Shown here in pieces: positions 1 to 8,440 of a DNA stretch of 64,000 nucleotides; positions within the stretch are counted from its first letter, which is position 1; every line of letters starts with the position of its first letter. The notes under the pieces are model-generated. The model saw nothing but the letters and a program-made list of their open reading frames with translations. It was not told the DNA's origin and did no database searches. This DNA comes from an uncultured Acidimicrobiia bacterium. Lineage in GTDB: Bacteria > Actinomycetota > Acidimicrobiia > IMCC26256 > JAENVU01. The stretch lies in assembly GCA_963770105.1 (NCBI GenBank), contig CAVYOL010000001.1, positions 296,786 through 360,785 on the forward strand, in the 5' to 3' direction. Both the position numbers and the translations under genes were made by a program.

Positions 1-159
1 AGCTCCACCGGATCGGCGGCGAACGCGGCCCGCTCCGCGAACGGCACGAGCGACTCGGCCCGGCGCGCCCAGAACGTCGTCGGGACGACCGAGCTCGATC
101 ATGCGATCGGCCATCCCGGCACCCTGGCTGCCGAGACCGATGAACCCCGCTCTGGTCAC
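1..159 (-). pseudogene. NAD(P)-dependent oxidoreductase (3-hydroxyisobutyrate dehydrogenase-like), N-terminal part only. The gene runs off the left edge and has a frameshift near position 90.
   Basis: The reverse-strand translation starts VTRAGFIGLGSQGAGMADRMIELG (Rossmann GxGxxG). It continues in another frame as VPTTFWARRAESLVPFAERAAFAADPVEL. Confidence 0.5.
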
Positions 160-228
160 CTCGCACCCCACGCCACGCCCGCATTCAAGCCGATTCGCGC
201 GAATCCATGTCGGGCCGGCGCGGCGCGG

Positions 229-651
229 CTACGGGCGGAAGGCCGACCCTTCGGCGTAGCCGTCGGTCGTGACCTGACGGTGGGCGATGAGCCAGCGGTC
301 GTCGACCGGTACGAAGCGGTCGCGGTACCGGCCCCAGTGGTCGGCGCCGATGTCGGTGACGACGAGGAAGTAGCTCGACACCTCGATGACCGACGGGGTC
401 ACCGAGCGGAAGTGCGTGCCGGAGATGTGGTGGTGCATGTGCGTGGGGTGGCGGTCCATCGTGACGACCTTCGACAGTCGCTCGATGATCGCCGCCCGTC
501 CCGTCGACACGTCCTCGGCCTCGATCTGGAGCACGCCGTCGGGCGTGAACGCGGCGGCGAGCTCGTCGAGCCGGCCGCGGTCACCGCCGAACGTGTACGC
601 CGAGATCGTGTGCCGCACCTGTTCGCGCGCGGTCAGCTCCCACAGCTCCAT
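229..651 (-). CDS. SnoaL-like / NTF2-fold protein
   Basis: Intact 140 aa ORF with normal composition. The length and pattern are NTF2-like (ISAYTFGGDRGRLDELAAAF..., WLIAHRQV). Confidence 0.65.
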   Translation of the reverse strand: MELWELTAREQVRHTISAYTFGGDRGRLDELAAAFTPDGVLQIEAEDVSTGRAAIIERLSKVVTMDRHPTHMHHHISGTHFRSVTPSVIEVSSYFLVVTDIGADHWGRYRDRFVPVDDRWLIAHRQVTTDGYAEGSAFRP

Positions 652-698
652 GACGGCAACCTACGCCAGCGGCTCGAGCGCGCACTGCGGGTCGCGCG

Positions 699-1115
699 TC
701 AGTTGGAGCCTTCGAGCTCCGCGAGCCGTTGGGCGGTCGCCTCCAGAAGCGGGGCATGCAGGTCGGGGTACTGCTCGAGCAACCGCCGGAAGTCCTTGCG
801 GTCGATCACCTCGATCGTCATGTCCGTCGTCGCGACAACCGACGCGTTGCGGGGCCGGTCGAGCAAGAGCGCGATCTCGCCGAAGAAGGTGCCCGGCCCG
901 CGGGTCGCGATCACCGCGTCACCGCGGCGAACCTCTGCCTCGCCCTCGACGACGAGGATGAACTCGCGGCCCACCTCGCCCTGCCGGATCAGCGCACGAC
1001 CCGACGACACGTCCATCGTCGTCACCAACCCGTCGACTGCCGCCAGCTGCTTCGCGGACAAGCTCTGAAACAGCGGGATCCTGGCCAGGCGATCCTTGCC
1101 GGCTGAATTCTTCAT
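699..1115 (-). CDS. cyclic nucleotide-binding domain protein
   Basis: cNMP-binding motifs are present: IPLFQSLSAKQL, GEVGREFILVVEGEAEV, FFGEIALL, RNASVVA. The start was moved to the ATG at 1115 (MKNSAG), which has an AAGGG RBS upstream. Confidence 0.8.
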   Translation of the reverse strand: MKNSAGKDRLARIPLFQSLSAKQLAAVDGLVTTMDVSSGRALIRQGEVGREFILVVEGEAEVRRGDAVIATRGPGTFFGEIALLLDRPRNASVVATTDMTIEVIDRKDFRRLLEQYPDLHAPLLEATAQRLAELEGSN

Positions 1116-1247
1116 GTGCTGCCCTTTCGATGTCGCGCCCCTGCCGGGCAAAACCTAACCCGACACCACCGACCGGGGCCCGGACTCCAGACCCGTTCTC
1201 GGCCCGCTGAAGCACGACACACGTACCTGAGCGGGCCGAGAAGCCGG

Positions 1248-2884
1248 TCAGTCGGGTGTCGGCGCGACGATGCCGAGCTCCATGGCGCGCATCGCGGCTC
1301 CGGCGCGGTTCGTCACGCCGAGCTTGGTGTAGATGTGCTCGACGTGGTTGCCCGACGGTCTTGCGGGCTGATCCCCAGCCTCGCGGCGATGGCCTTGTTG
1401 GACAGGCCCTGGGCGAGCAGCCCGAGCACGTCGCATTCACGCGCGGTGAGCCCGGCGGGCCCGCCGGCCGCGCGAACGACTCGCGGCGTGTCCGGCCGCG
1501 GCGAGCACCGCGTCGGTCGCGGCGGCGTCGAGCCGACCGGCGTCCGACGTCCGCGCGCAGCTGACGGGCTGCGTCCTCCTCGGTCATGCGCGGCGCGGTA
1601 CGGGCGGGGCTGCGTCATCGCGTGGTACGCGTCGGCGGCCGCGAGCAGCCGCGCCGGCGTCGATGAGCATGGTCGCCGCCGACCCCGCGGTGATAGCCCG
1701 AGCCGTCCATGCGTTCGTGGTGCGTCGCCGCCAGCAGCCCGATCCGGCGCAGCGGCTCGGGTCGATTGAAGATCCGCTCGACGTAGTAGACGTGCAGCCG
1801 CATCCGTTCCCGTCGGTGGCGGTGAGCGGCTCCGGGCTTGTCCCACACCGAGCCCGGCACGCCGAAGCGGCCGACGTCGTGGACGAACGCGGCGCGCCGG
1901 ACGAGCGCGCGCATCGGCGGGCGTGAGCTGCAGCAGCTCGGCCGCGGCGTCGACGAGGTCGGCGGTGCCGCGCGCGTGCCCGGCGAAGTAGGGGCATCGG
2001 AGGTCGCAGAAGTCGCCGATCGCCTCCGAGCGCGCGATCGAGCTCGTCGTCGGTCAGCGTCGGTCGCGTCGACCGGTTCCGCGTCGAGGAACTCGTCGAC
2101 CGTGTCCTCGTCGATGCCGTCGAACAGCGCGACCGGATCGCGTGCACACGGCGGCGACGATCTCCGGGTCGAAGTGCGTGCCGCTGCGCGAACGGACCAT
2201 CTCGACCGCTTCGTCGACGCCACCGAGTCGGTGGAACACCTCGCACGCTTCGGCGACGTGCGAGATCCGCGCCGCCGAGACGACAGCGCGTCGCCCTGCG
2301 AGGTCGGCGGGGACACCCTTCCCGTCCCACCGCGCGTACGCCTGCTCGATCCCGGCGCGGACGTCGTCGCTCGAGACCGAGCCGGTCGGCGAGCAGCCCC
2401 GGCCGCCGAGCAGTGGTTGGCCATCTGCTCGCACGACGCCTGCGCCCGCCGGTGGCCATGAGCTGCGCCGGCTCTGACGCGCGCGGTTGCACGGCGGAGC
2501 TCGCCGCGCCCGGCCCGACGCAGCATGAACATCATCGCCTGGAACCCGGCGAGGTCGATCTGCACGCGCGTGGGCGCGGAAGTCGATGTCGTCGCCGAAG
2601 AGCGCCGCGGCCTCGTTGCCGTACACCGGACACCCGACGTAGGTGAGGATGCTCACGTCGTAGAGCACGGCGAGCTCGGCGTCGTCGAGGCCGAGCCGGT
2701 CGCCGAGCCGCAGACTGATCCGGGCCGATCGGAGCATGTGCTCGGCCGGTTGGCCGAACCCGAGATCGGTGGCGAGCGAGAGCGCCATCAGCAGCTCGCT
2801 GAGTCGCACCCCCGAATCCGACACGGGCGGGAATCTACCGCTCGGATCCGTCGCCGCGGCGAGGGGGTGAACGCCCCATGACAC
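1248..2884 (-). pseudogene. tandem HD / HD-GYP-like phosphohydrolase domains fused to a C-terminal LuxR-type HTH; multiply frameshifted
   Basis: The protein can be followed through three frames:
- N-terminus: VRLSELLMALSLATDLGFGQP.
- First domain motif: ARWDGKGVPADL.
- Second domain: FVHDVGRFGVP...HHERMDGSGYHRG.
- LuxR HTH split as LTARECDVLGLLAQGLSNKAIAARLGISP / NHVEHIYTKLGV.

At least 5 frame changes are needed. Confidence 0.7.
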
Positions 2885-2951
2885 GACGCCGAACGATCCG
2901 TACGGTCATGGGGAGCGCAGCACACGGGTCCCGCACGGAGAGGAGAACGTC

Positions 2952-3226
2952 ATGCCCAAGTACGTGATCGAGCGGACCGTCCCCGGAGCCGGCCAGATGG
3001 ACGCCGCCGCGCCTGCAGCGCCATCGCGGCGCAGTCGAACGCCGTCCTGCGCGACCTCGGCCCGACGATCCAGTGGGTCCACAGCTACGTCAGCGACGAC
3101 AAGATCATCTGCGTCTACTACGCGACCGACGAAGACATCATCCGCGAGCACGCTCGCTGCGGCGGCTTCCCCATCGACTCGATCGAGCTCGTCAGGGCCA
3201 CGATCGACCCCACGACAGCCTCATAG
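2952..3226 (+). pseudogene. DUF4242-like small protein with one frameshift near 3010
   Basis: MPKYVIERTVPGAGQMDAAA in one frame continues as AIAAQSNAVLRDLGPTIQWVHSYVSDDKIICVYYATDEDIIREHARCGGFPIDSIELVRATIDPTTAS in another. The stop is at 3224-3226. Confidence 0.65.
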
Positions 3227-3271
3227 TCGGGCCTTCACACCACTTCACCAGACGGAAAGGCGGACCATTCG

Positions 3272-4088
3272 ATGAACCCGAACCAGGAGCTGTGGGAGAA
3301 GGGCGACTTCACGCGCATCGCGGAGAGCATGCGCGACAGCGGCGAGGCGCTCGTCAAGGAGCTGGGGATCACGAGCGGGCTGCGAGGTGCTCGACCTCGG
3401 CTGTGGCGACGGGACCACCGCGCTGCCGGCCGCGCGGCTCGGTGCCACGGTGCTCGGCGTCGACATCGCGAGCAACCTGGTCGCGGCGGGAAACCGCCGG
3501 GCGGCCGCGGAGGGACTGACGAACTGCACGTTCCAGGAGGGCGACGCCTCCGACCTGCGCGCCCTGGCGGACGACTCGTTCGATCTCGTCGTGAGCATCT
3601 TCGGAGCGATGTTCGCGCCGAAGCCGTTCGACGTCGCCAAGGAGATGGTGCGCGTGACCCGACCCGGCGGACGGATCGTCATGGGGAACTGGATCCCGAA
3701 CGACCCGACCCTCGTGGCGCAGGTCCTGAAGCATCAGCGGCGCGTACTCGCCGCCCCCACCCGAGGGCTTCGTGAGCCCCATGACGTGGGGAGTCGAGGC
3801 GAACGTCGTCGAGCGGTTCGCCGGCGCATCGATCGCGCCCGAGCACATCAGCGTTCGCTCGCGAGACCTATAACTTCGTCTACCCGGCACCGCCGTCCGA
3901 GCTCCTCGCCGCGTTCCGCACCTACTACGGACCGACGATGAACGCATTCGCGGCGGCGGAGGCGAACGGGCGCAGCCAACGAGCTCCAGCGCGAGCTCGA
4001 AGAGCTGTTCGACCGCCAGAACGCGAGCTCGAGCGACGACGCCACGTCGATTCCGGCCACGTTCCTGCGGGTCACCGTCGAGGTCTGA
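3272..4088 (+). pseudogene. class I SAM-dependent methyltransferase with about 4 frameshifts (near 3380, 3733, 3853, 3972)
   Basis: Motif [12 protein letters not shown] is present, followed by [12 protein letters not shown] and [11 protein letters not shown]. The C-terminal part [17 protein letters not shown] / [27 protein letters not shown] / NELQRELEELFDRQN can only be read by changing frame. Confidence 0.75.
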
Positions 4089-4104
4089 AGTCACCTCGTC
4101 CGGG

Positions 4105-4717
4105 TCATGCGCGTTCGACGATGGCGGGAAGGAACAGCTCGAGGAACGTCGCGAAGAGGTCCTCCGCGTCGGGGTCGACGCGTGCGGCGTGGAGGAACCC
4201 GTCCGAGGCGGTGAGCAGGATCGCGGCGAGGGTGTCCGCGGGAACCTTGAGGGTCGCGCCGACCGCGGCAGTGTGGTGCTCCATGAACGCGGCGACCGTC
4301 TCGCGATTCTTACGCCGCCACTCCGCGGAGCGTTGCTGCGCGCTGGGGTTGCGAAACTCGTAGAGGCTGAACTCGAGTCCGAGGGCCCACATCTCCTGGT
4401 GGCCGGTCAGCGCCCGGATCCAGGTCTTGGCGGTCTGGCGCGCGTCGAACGCGGAGCTCGCATCGACGTCGAGCTGTTCGGCGAAGCTGTCGAGCACGTC
4501 GAGGTTGAAGGCGTCGACGACGGCGAAGAACAGATCCTCCTTGTTCGCGAAGTGCTTGTAGATCGCGCCGCGCGTGTAGCCGGCCGCTTCGGCGATCTCG
4601 TCGAGTGAGGCGCCCTCGAACCCGCGCGTCGCGAACACGTGGCGCGCGGAGTCGATCAGCGCGGCGACGGGTGCGCTCCATGCGGCGCTCCGGCGTCCAC
4701 CGCTCGATCGTCACCAC
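4105..4717 (-). pseudogene. TetR family transcriptional regulator with an N-terminal frameshift near 4650
   Basis: HTH FATRGFEGASLDEIAEAAGYTRGAIYKHFANKEDLF. Upstream, VVTIERWTPERRMERTRRR lies in a different frame from ALIDSARHVFATRG. Confidence 0.8.
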
Positions 4718-4742
4718 ACCACCTCGTCGTTCATCGGCCCGT

Positions 4743-4787
4743 TTGACAATCGGATCCGTAGCCGTATCCTAGATACATCACCGTATC
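4743..4787. promoter_or_regulatory. candidate promoter (TTGACA, 16 nt spacer, TATCCT) plus a TetR-operator-like repeat/palindrome in the TetR/ABC divergent region
   Basis: TTGACA at 4743-4748 and TATCCT at 4765-4770. The palindrome GATACatcaccGTATC is at 4772-4787, and CCGTATC occurs twice as a direct repeat. Confidence 0.3.
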
Positions 4788-4822
4788 TCAGGTACGGGAC
4801 CGCTCGGCTGATCGGGGAGGGC

Positions 4823-5764
4823 ATGCTGGAGGTTCGGGGGCTCTCGAAGTCCTACGGGTCGCGTCGGGCGCTCGATCGGGTGGACCTCGAAGTCGCGGCC
4901 GGCGAGATCACGGCCCTGCTGGGGCGCAACGGGGCGGGGAAGACCACGCTCGTGTCGATCGTCGCCGGGCTGCGGAGCGCAGATGCCGGCCGCGTGGTGG
5001 TCGGAGACATCGACGTGACCGCCGAACCCGGTCGGGCCCGGGCGACGCTGGGCCTCGCCCCGCAGGAGACCGGCGTCTACCCGACCCTGTCGTGTCGCGA
5101 CAACCTCCGTCTCTTCGCGGGCCTCGCCGGAAGCGGCCGTCGCGACGCGCGCCGGACCATCGACGAGCTCGCGCAGGCGCTCGCGCTCACCGAGCTGCTC
5201 GACCGGCATGCCAAGGAGCTGTCCGGCGGTGAGCGGCGGCGGCTCCATACGGCGATCGCGCTGGTCGGCCGTCCGGCTCTCGTCCTGCTCGACGAGCCGA
5301 CGGTGGGCGCCGACGTCCAGACCCGCACCCAGCTGCTCGGCGTCGTGCGCGGCCTCGCGCAGGACGGTGCGGCAGTCGTCTACTCCACGCACTACTTCCC
5401 CGAAGTCGAGGAGCTGCAGGCCAGCGTCGCGATCCTCGAACGCGGCCGACTGCTCGCGCGCGGCACCATCGCCGACATCGTCACGGAGCACTCGATCGGA
5501 CGGGTCGAGTTCGTGTTCGCCGGACCCGCACCGGACGTCGCCCACCTCGCCCCGGGCGAGTCGGTGACGAGGACCGGGTCTCGCGTCCAGATCGAGACGA
5601 ACGACACCGCGAACGTCACCAGCGCCGTCCTCGCCGGCCTGGACCGCCGGACTGCCCAGCTGCGCGGGCTCACGGTGTCCCAACCCAGCCTCGAGACCGC
5701 GTTTCTCCAGTTCACCCAGGACCAGTCCGGCATTGCGACGGAGGAGATGACCGATGTCGCGTAG
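4823..5764 (+). CDS. ABC transporter ATP-binding protein
   Basis: Walker A GRNGAGKTT, signature LSGGERRRL, Walker B LVLLDEPTVG. Intact 313 aa ORF. Confidence 0.9.
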   Translation: MLEVRGLSKSYGSRRALDRVDLEVAAGEITALLGRNGAGKTTLVSIVAGLRSADAGRVVVGDIDVTAEPGRARATLGLAPQETGVYPTLSCRDNLRLFAGLAGSGRRDARRTIDELAQALALTELLDRHAKELSGGERRRLHTAIALVGRPALVLLDEPTVGADVQTRTQLLGVVRGLAQDGAAVVYSTHYFPEVEELQASVAILERGRLLARGTIADIVTEHSIGRVEFVFAGPAPDVAHLAPGESVTRTGSRVQIETNDTANVTSAVLAGLDRRTAQLRGLTVSQPSLETAFLQFTQDQSGIATEEMTDVA

Positions 5765-6524
5765 ACGGGTCGCCGCGCTGGTCGGCCACGAGGTCCGCCT
5801 CCTCACGCGCGATCCCCTGCCGATCATGATCCTCGTCGTCTTCCCGCTCATCCTGATGGCGTTCCTGAAACCCACGTTCGGGCTCGCACTCGCCGCGCAC
5901 GGTCATCCCGGCGCGAACGGCGCCGAACAGGTCGTCCCCGGTCAGGCGGTCGCCAACGGCTTCTACATCGTCGGCATGACCAGCTTCGCCTTCTTCGCGG
6001 AGTACGGCTGGAACACCTGGGACCGGCTCCGCGCCAGCCGGGCATCCTCCGCCGAGATCATCGCCGGCAAGGCGCTTCCCCTGCTCGCCGTGTCCGCGCT
6101 GCAGTTCCTGGTCATCTTCTCGATCGGCGTCCCGCTCTTCGACCTGCACAGCCGGGGTCCACTCGCCGCGCTCATACCGCTCGTCGTCGCGTTCGCCACC
6201 TGTCTGGTCATGTTGGGCGTCATGATCACGGCGCTCTGCCACACGATCCAACAGGCCAACGCGCTGGCGTTCGGCGGCATCGTCGTCTTCGGAGCGCTCG
6301 GCGGCGCGCTCGTCCCCATCGACACCCTGCCGGCCTGGGCGCGCGCCGTCTCGCCCGTCACGCCCACCTACTGGGTGATGCGCGGGTTCCGGTCCGTCAT
6401 CCTCGACGGGCACGGCCTCGCGGCCATGGCCCTGCCGGTCGCCGTCCTCCTCGCGATGAGCGCCGCGTTCGCCGCGACATCGCTCGCCCGGTTCCGCTTC
6501 TCGGACGCCAAGGTCTCGTTCTGA
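5754..6524 (+). CDS. ABC-2 type transporter permease
   Basis: Overlaps the ATPase stop by 11 nt. Encodes a 6-TM-like hydrophobic 256 aa protein. Confidence 0.85.
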   Translation: MSRRRVAALVGHEVRLLTRDPLPIMILVVFPLILMAFLKPTFGLALAAHGHPGANGAEQVVPGQAVANGFYIVGMTSFAFFAEYGWNTWDRLRASRASSAEIIAGKALPLLAVSALQFLVIFSIGVPLFDLHSRGPLAALIPLVVAFATCLVMLGVMITALCHTIQQANALAFGGIVVFGALGGALVPIDTLPAWARAVSPVTPTYWVMRGFRSVILDGHGLAAMALPVAVLLAMSAAFAATSLARFRFSDAKVSF

Positions 6525-6540
6525 GCCGCGCGGCCTCGTT

Positions 6541-6750
6541 CTAGGTGGGGCCGGTCTGCCGGCGCAGCCGAGTGGGACGGGCCCGGCGGTACAACCACAG
6601 GAACAGCGGCCATTCGATGCCCTGCAGGGCGGCCCACGTCAACGCCTTCCGGGTGGAGAGCCCACGGGCTCGCGCGTCCCGAGCCACCCAGAGAGCAGAG
6701 CAGCTCACGACGGCGACGGCGAGGGCAACCAACGCGGCGGTGGCACTCAT
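6541..6750 (-). CDS. small membrane protein (PLDc_N-like), translationally coupled to the ArsR gene
   Basis: MSATAALVALAVAVVSCSALWVARDARARG...WPLFLWLYRRARP. Its start overlaps the ArsR stop (ATGA). The longer upstream extension in the ORF track was rejected. Confidence 0.45.
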   Translation of the reverse strand: MSATAALVALAVAVVSCSALWVARDARARGLSTRKALTWAALQGIEWPLFLWLYRRARPTRLRRQTGPT

Positions 6751-7063
6751 GCCCGTGCCGCCTGCGCACGGCGACGCCGGACCTTGGTCGGCTTCGCTTC
6801 TCCTACCCGGGCGAGCTCGGCGACTTCCGTGGCGATGTCTTCGAGGACCGACGTCGTGAGCGTGTACACGAGGCTCGAGCCGTGACGCGTCCGCGCACCA
6901 GGCCGGCATTGGCGAGCACCCCGAGGTGGCGCGACACCGCGGGCCACGAGATCTCGAAGTGCTGAGCGATCTCGCCGGCGGGAAGGTCCCCGTTGCGGAG
7001 GATCCGCAGGATCTCCCGCCGGGTGGGGTCAGCGAGGCCCTGATACATCGCCTGTGTGCTCAC
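6747..7063 (-). pseudogene. ArsR family transcriptional regulator with a frameshift near 6895
   Basis: LADPTRREILRILRNGDLPAGEIAQHFEISWPAVSRHLGVLANAGLVR continues in another frame as TRHGSSLVYTLTTSVLEDIATEV. Confidence 0.8.
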
Positions 7064-7065
7064 CG

Positions 7066-7091
7066 CTTCAGTATTTAACTTCTAACTGAAG
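7066..7091. promoter_or_regulatory. AT-rich inverted repeat just upstream of the ArsR gene; candidate autoregulatory operator
   Basis: CTTCAGT, 12 nt spacer, ACTGAAG. This is the most AT-rich stretch in the neighbourhood and begins 3 nt upstream of the ArsR start. Confidence 0.35.
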
Positions 7092-7152
7092 TAGTCAAGC
7101 GTGTTCCGGACTCGACCGCGCGACCACCGGGTTTTGGCGGCCCTTCAGGTGA

Positions 7153-8313
7153 TCACGAGCGCGTGAGGACGAGCGAGTGGTTGACCATGGCGCTGCCGGT
7201 CTCGTCCGAGCCCACCGCGACGCAGGTCGCCGCGGTGGGGCACGCGACCCCTCGGAGGACGTCGGCGCCGCCGGGGTCCGGCGCGGATGCGACCGACCAG
7301 CTGCCGCCGGTGCGCGAGAGCACGAGGTTCCGGCTGCTGCAGCACGGCGCCTGCGTGGCGTCCGAGAGCCCGACCGCCGTGCAGCTCGAGGTGTCGGAGC
7401 ACGAGATCCCGGACATCTCGTTGCGGCTCTGGGCCACGTTCGGGCTGGTCATGGCCGTCCACGTGGTCCCGGAGAGGCGCTCGATCAGGGTGTTGGTGGT
7501 CGACGTGGCCGGTTCCCAGAACCCGGCGGCGTAGCAACGGCTCGAGGTCGGGCACGACACCGCGCTCAGACCCGACGAGAGCGTGCCGCGCTTCGGCGTG
7601 GTCAGGACCGACCAGACACCGCCCGAGAGCATCTCGCTCGCGGGACGGCCCGACGCCGTGGTGCCGACCGCCACGCAATGGGTGGTGCTCGGGCAGTCGA
7701 CGCCGTCGAGGCTGAACTTGCCCCCACCGCTCGGGTTGGGGACGAGCGACCACGTGCCGCCACTCAGCGACTCGATCAGTGCTCCCCCGGCGCCTTCGCC
7801 CACTGCGATGCAGTGCGTCGCGTCTCCGCAGGACACGCTGTTCAGGAAGTTGAACCCGCTCCCGACGTTCGGGCTCGACATCAGCGACCACTTCCCCGCG
7901 GCGAGCGACTCGATGAGCGTTCGGTTCGTGCTCCCGGTCACGAAGCTGCCGACGGCGATGCAATCTGCGGCGTCGATGCAGGAGACGCCGACGAGGTCGT
8001 TCGACCCGCTGCCCCGGTTCGCGCCGGTCATCAGCGACCAGACCCCGTTCGTCGAGTGTTCGATCAGCGTCTGTGACGTGGCGCCGCCGTGCGATCCGAC
8101 GGCCACGCACTGGGTCGCGCTCAGGCACGACACCGCGTGCAGGAAGTTGTCGGTGGTGCCCCGATCGGGGCTGGTGGTGACGTGCCACGCCGGTGTCGCG
8201 GCGCCCGCGCTCGGGGCCGGCGTCCCGGCGAGCCCGATGACTCCGAGCCCGCTCGAGACGACGGCCGCGAGCACGATCCGGCCCATCCTCGAACCTCGTG
8301 TCCTGCCCCTCAT
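7153..8313 (-). CDS. secreted repeat protein with seven roughly 45-52 aa repeats, each carrying a C-x5-6-C pair (beta-propeller-like)
   Basis: A signal-peptide-like N-terminus (MRGRTRGSRMGRIVLAAVVSSGLGVIGLAG) follows a GGAGG RBS. The repeat pattern W-S-x(10-20)-VSC-x5-C-x-AVG-x(8-15)-LIE occurs 7 times. Confidence 0.75.
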   Translation of the reverse strand: MRGRTRGSRMGRIVLAAVVSSGLGVIGLAGTPAPSAGAATPAWHVTTSPDRGTTDNFLHAVSCLSATQCVAVGSHGGATSQTLIEHSTNGVWSLMTGANRGSGSNDLVGVSCIDAADCIAVGSFVTGSTNRTLIESLAAGKWSLMSSPNVGSGFNFLNSVSCGDATHCIAVGEGAGGALIESLSGGTWSLVPNPSGGGKFSLDGVDCPSTTHCVAVGTTASGRPASEMLSGGVWSVLTTPKRGTLSSGLSAVSCPTSSRCYAAGFWEPATSTTNTLIERLSGTTWTAMTSPNVAQSRNEMSGISCSDTSSCTAVGLSDATQAPCCSSRNLVLSRTGGSWSVASAPDPGGADVLRGVACPTAATCVAVGSDETGSAMVNHSLVLTRS

Positions 8314-8440
8314 GGCGTTCGCCTCCACGATTCCGAGGACCCCTGTTTCGGGCCGGTCCGTTCCGGGCGCTCCCACGCGGTGTTGCTCCCGGTACGCAGA
8401 GTGGCGTAGCCGGGTAACGGCGCGGTAACACCGGCACGGA

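Noticed and set aside
7145-8437. 430 aa ORF in an alternative minus frame overlapping the repeat-protein gene.
   Set aside because: The 7153-8376 frame gives a signal peptide, an RBS and seven clean repeats. The alternative frame gives only Arg/Pro/Gly-rich sequence.
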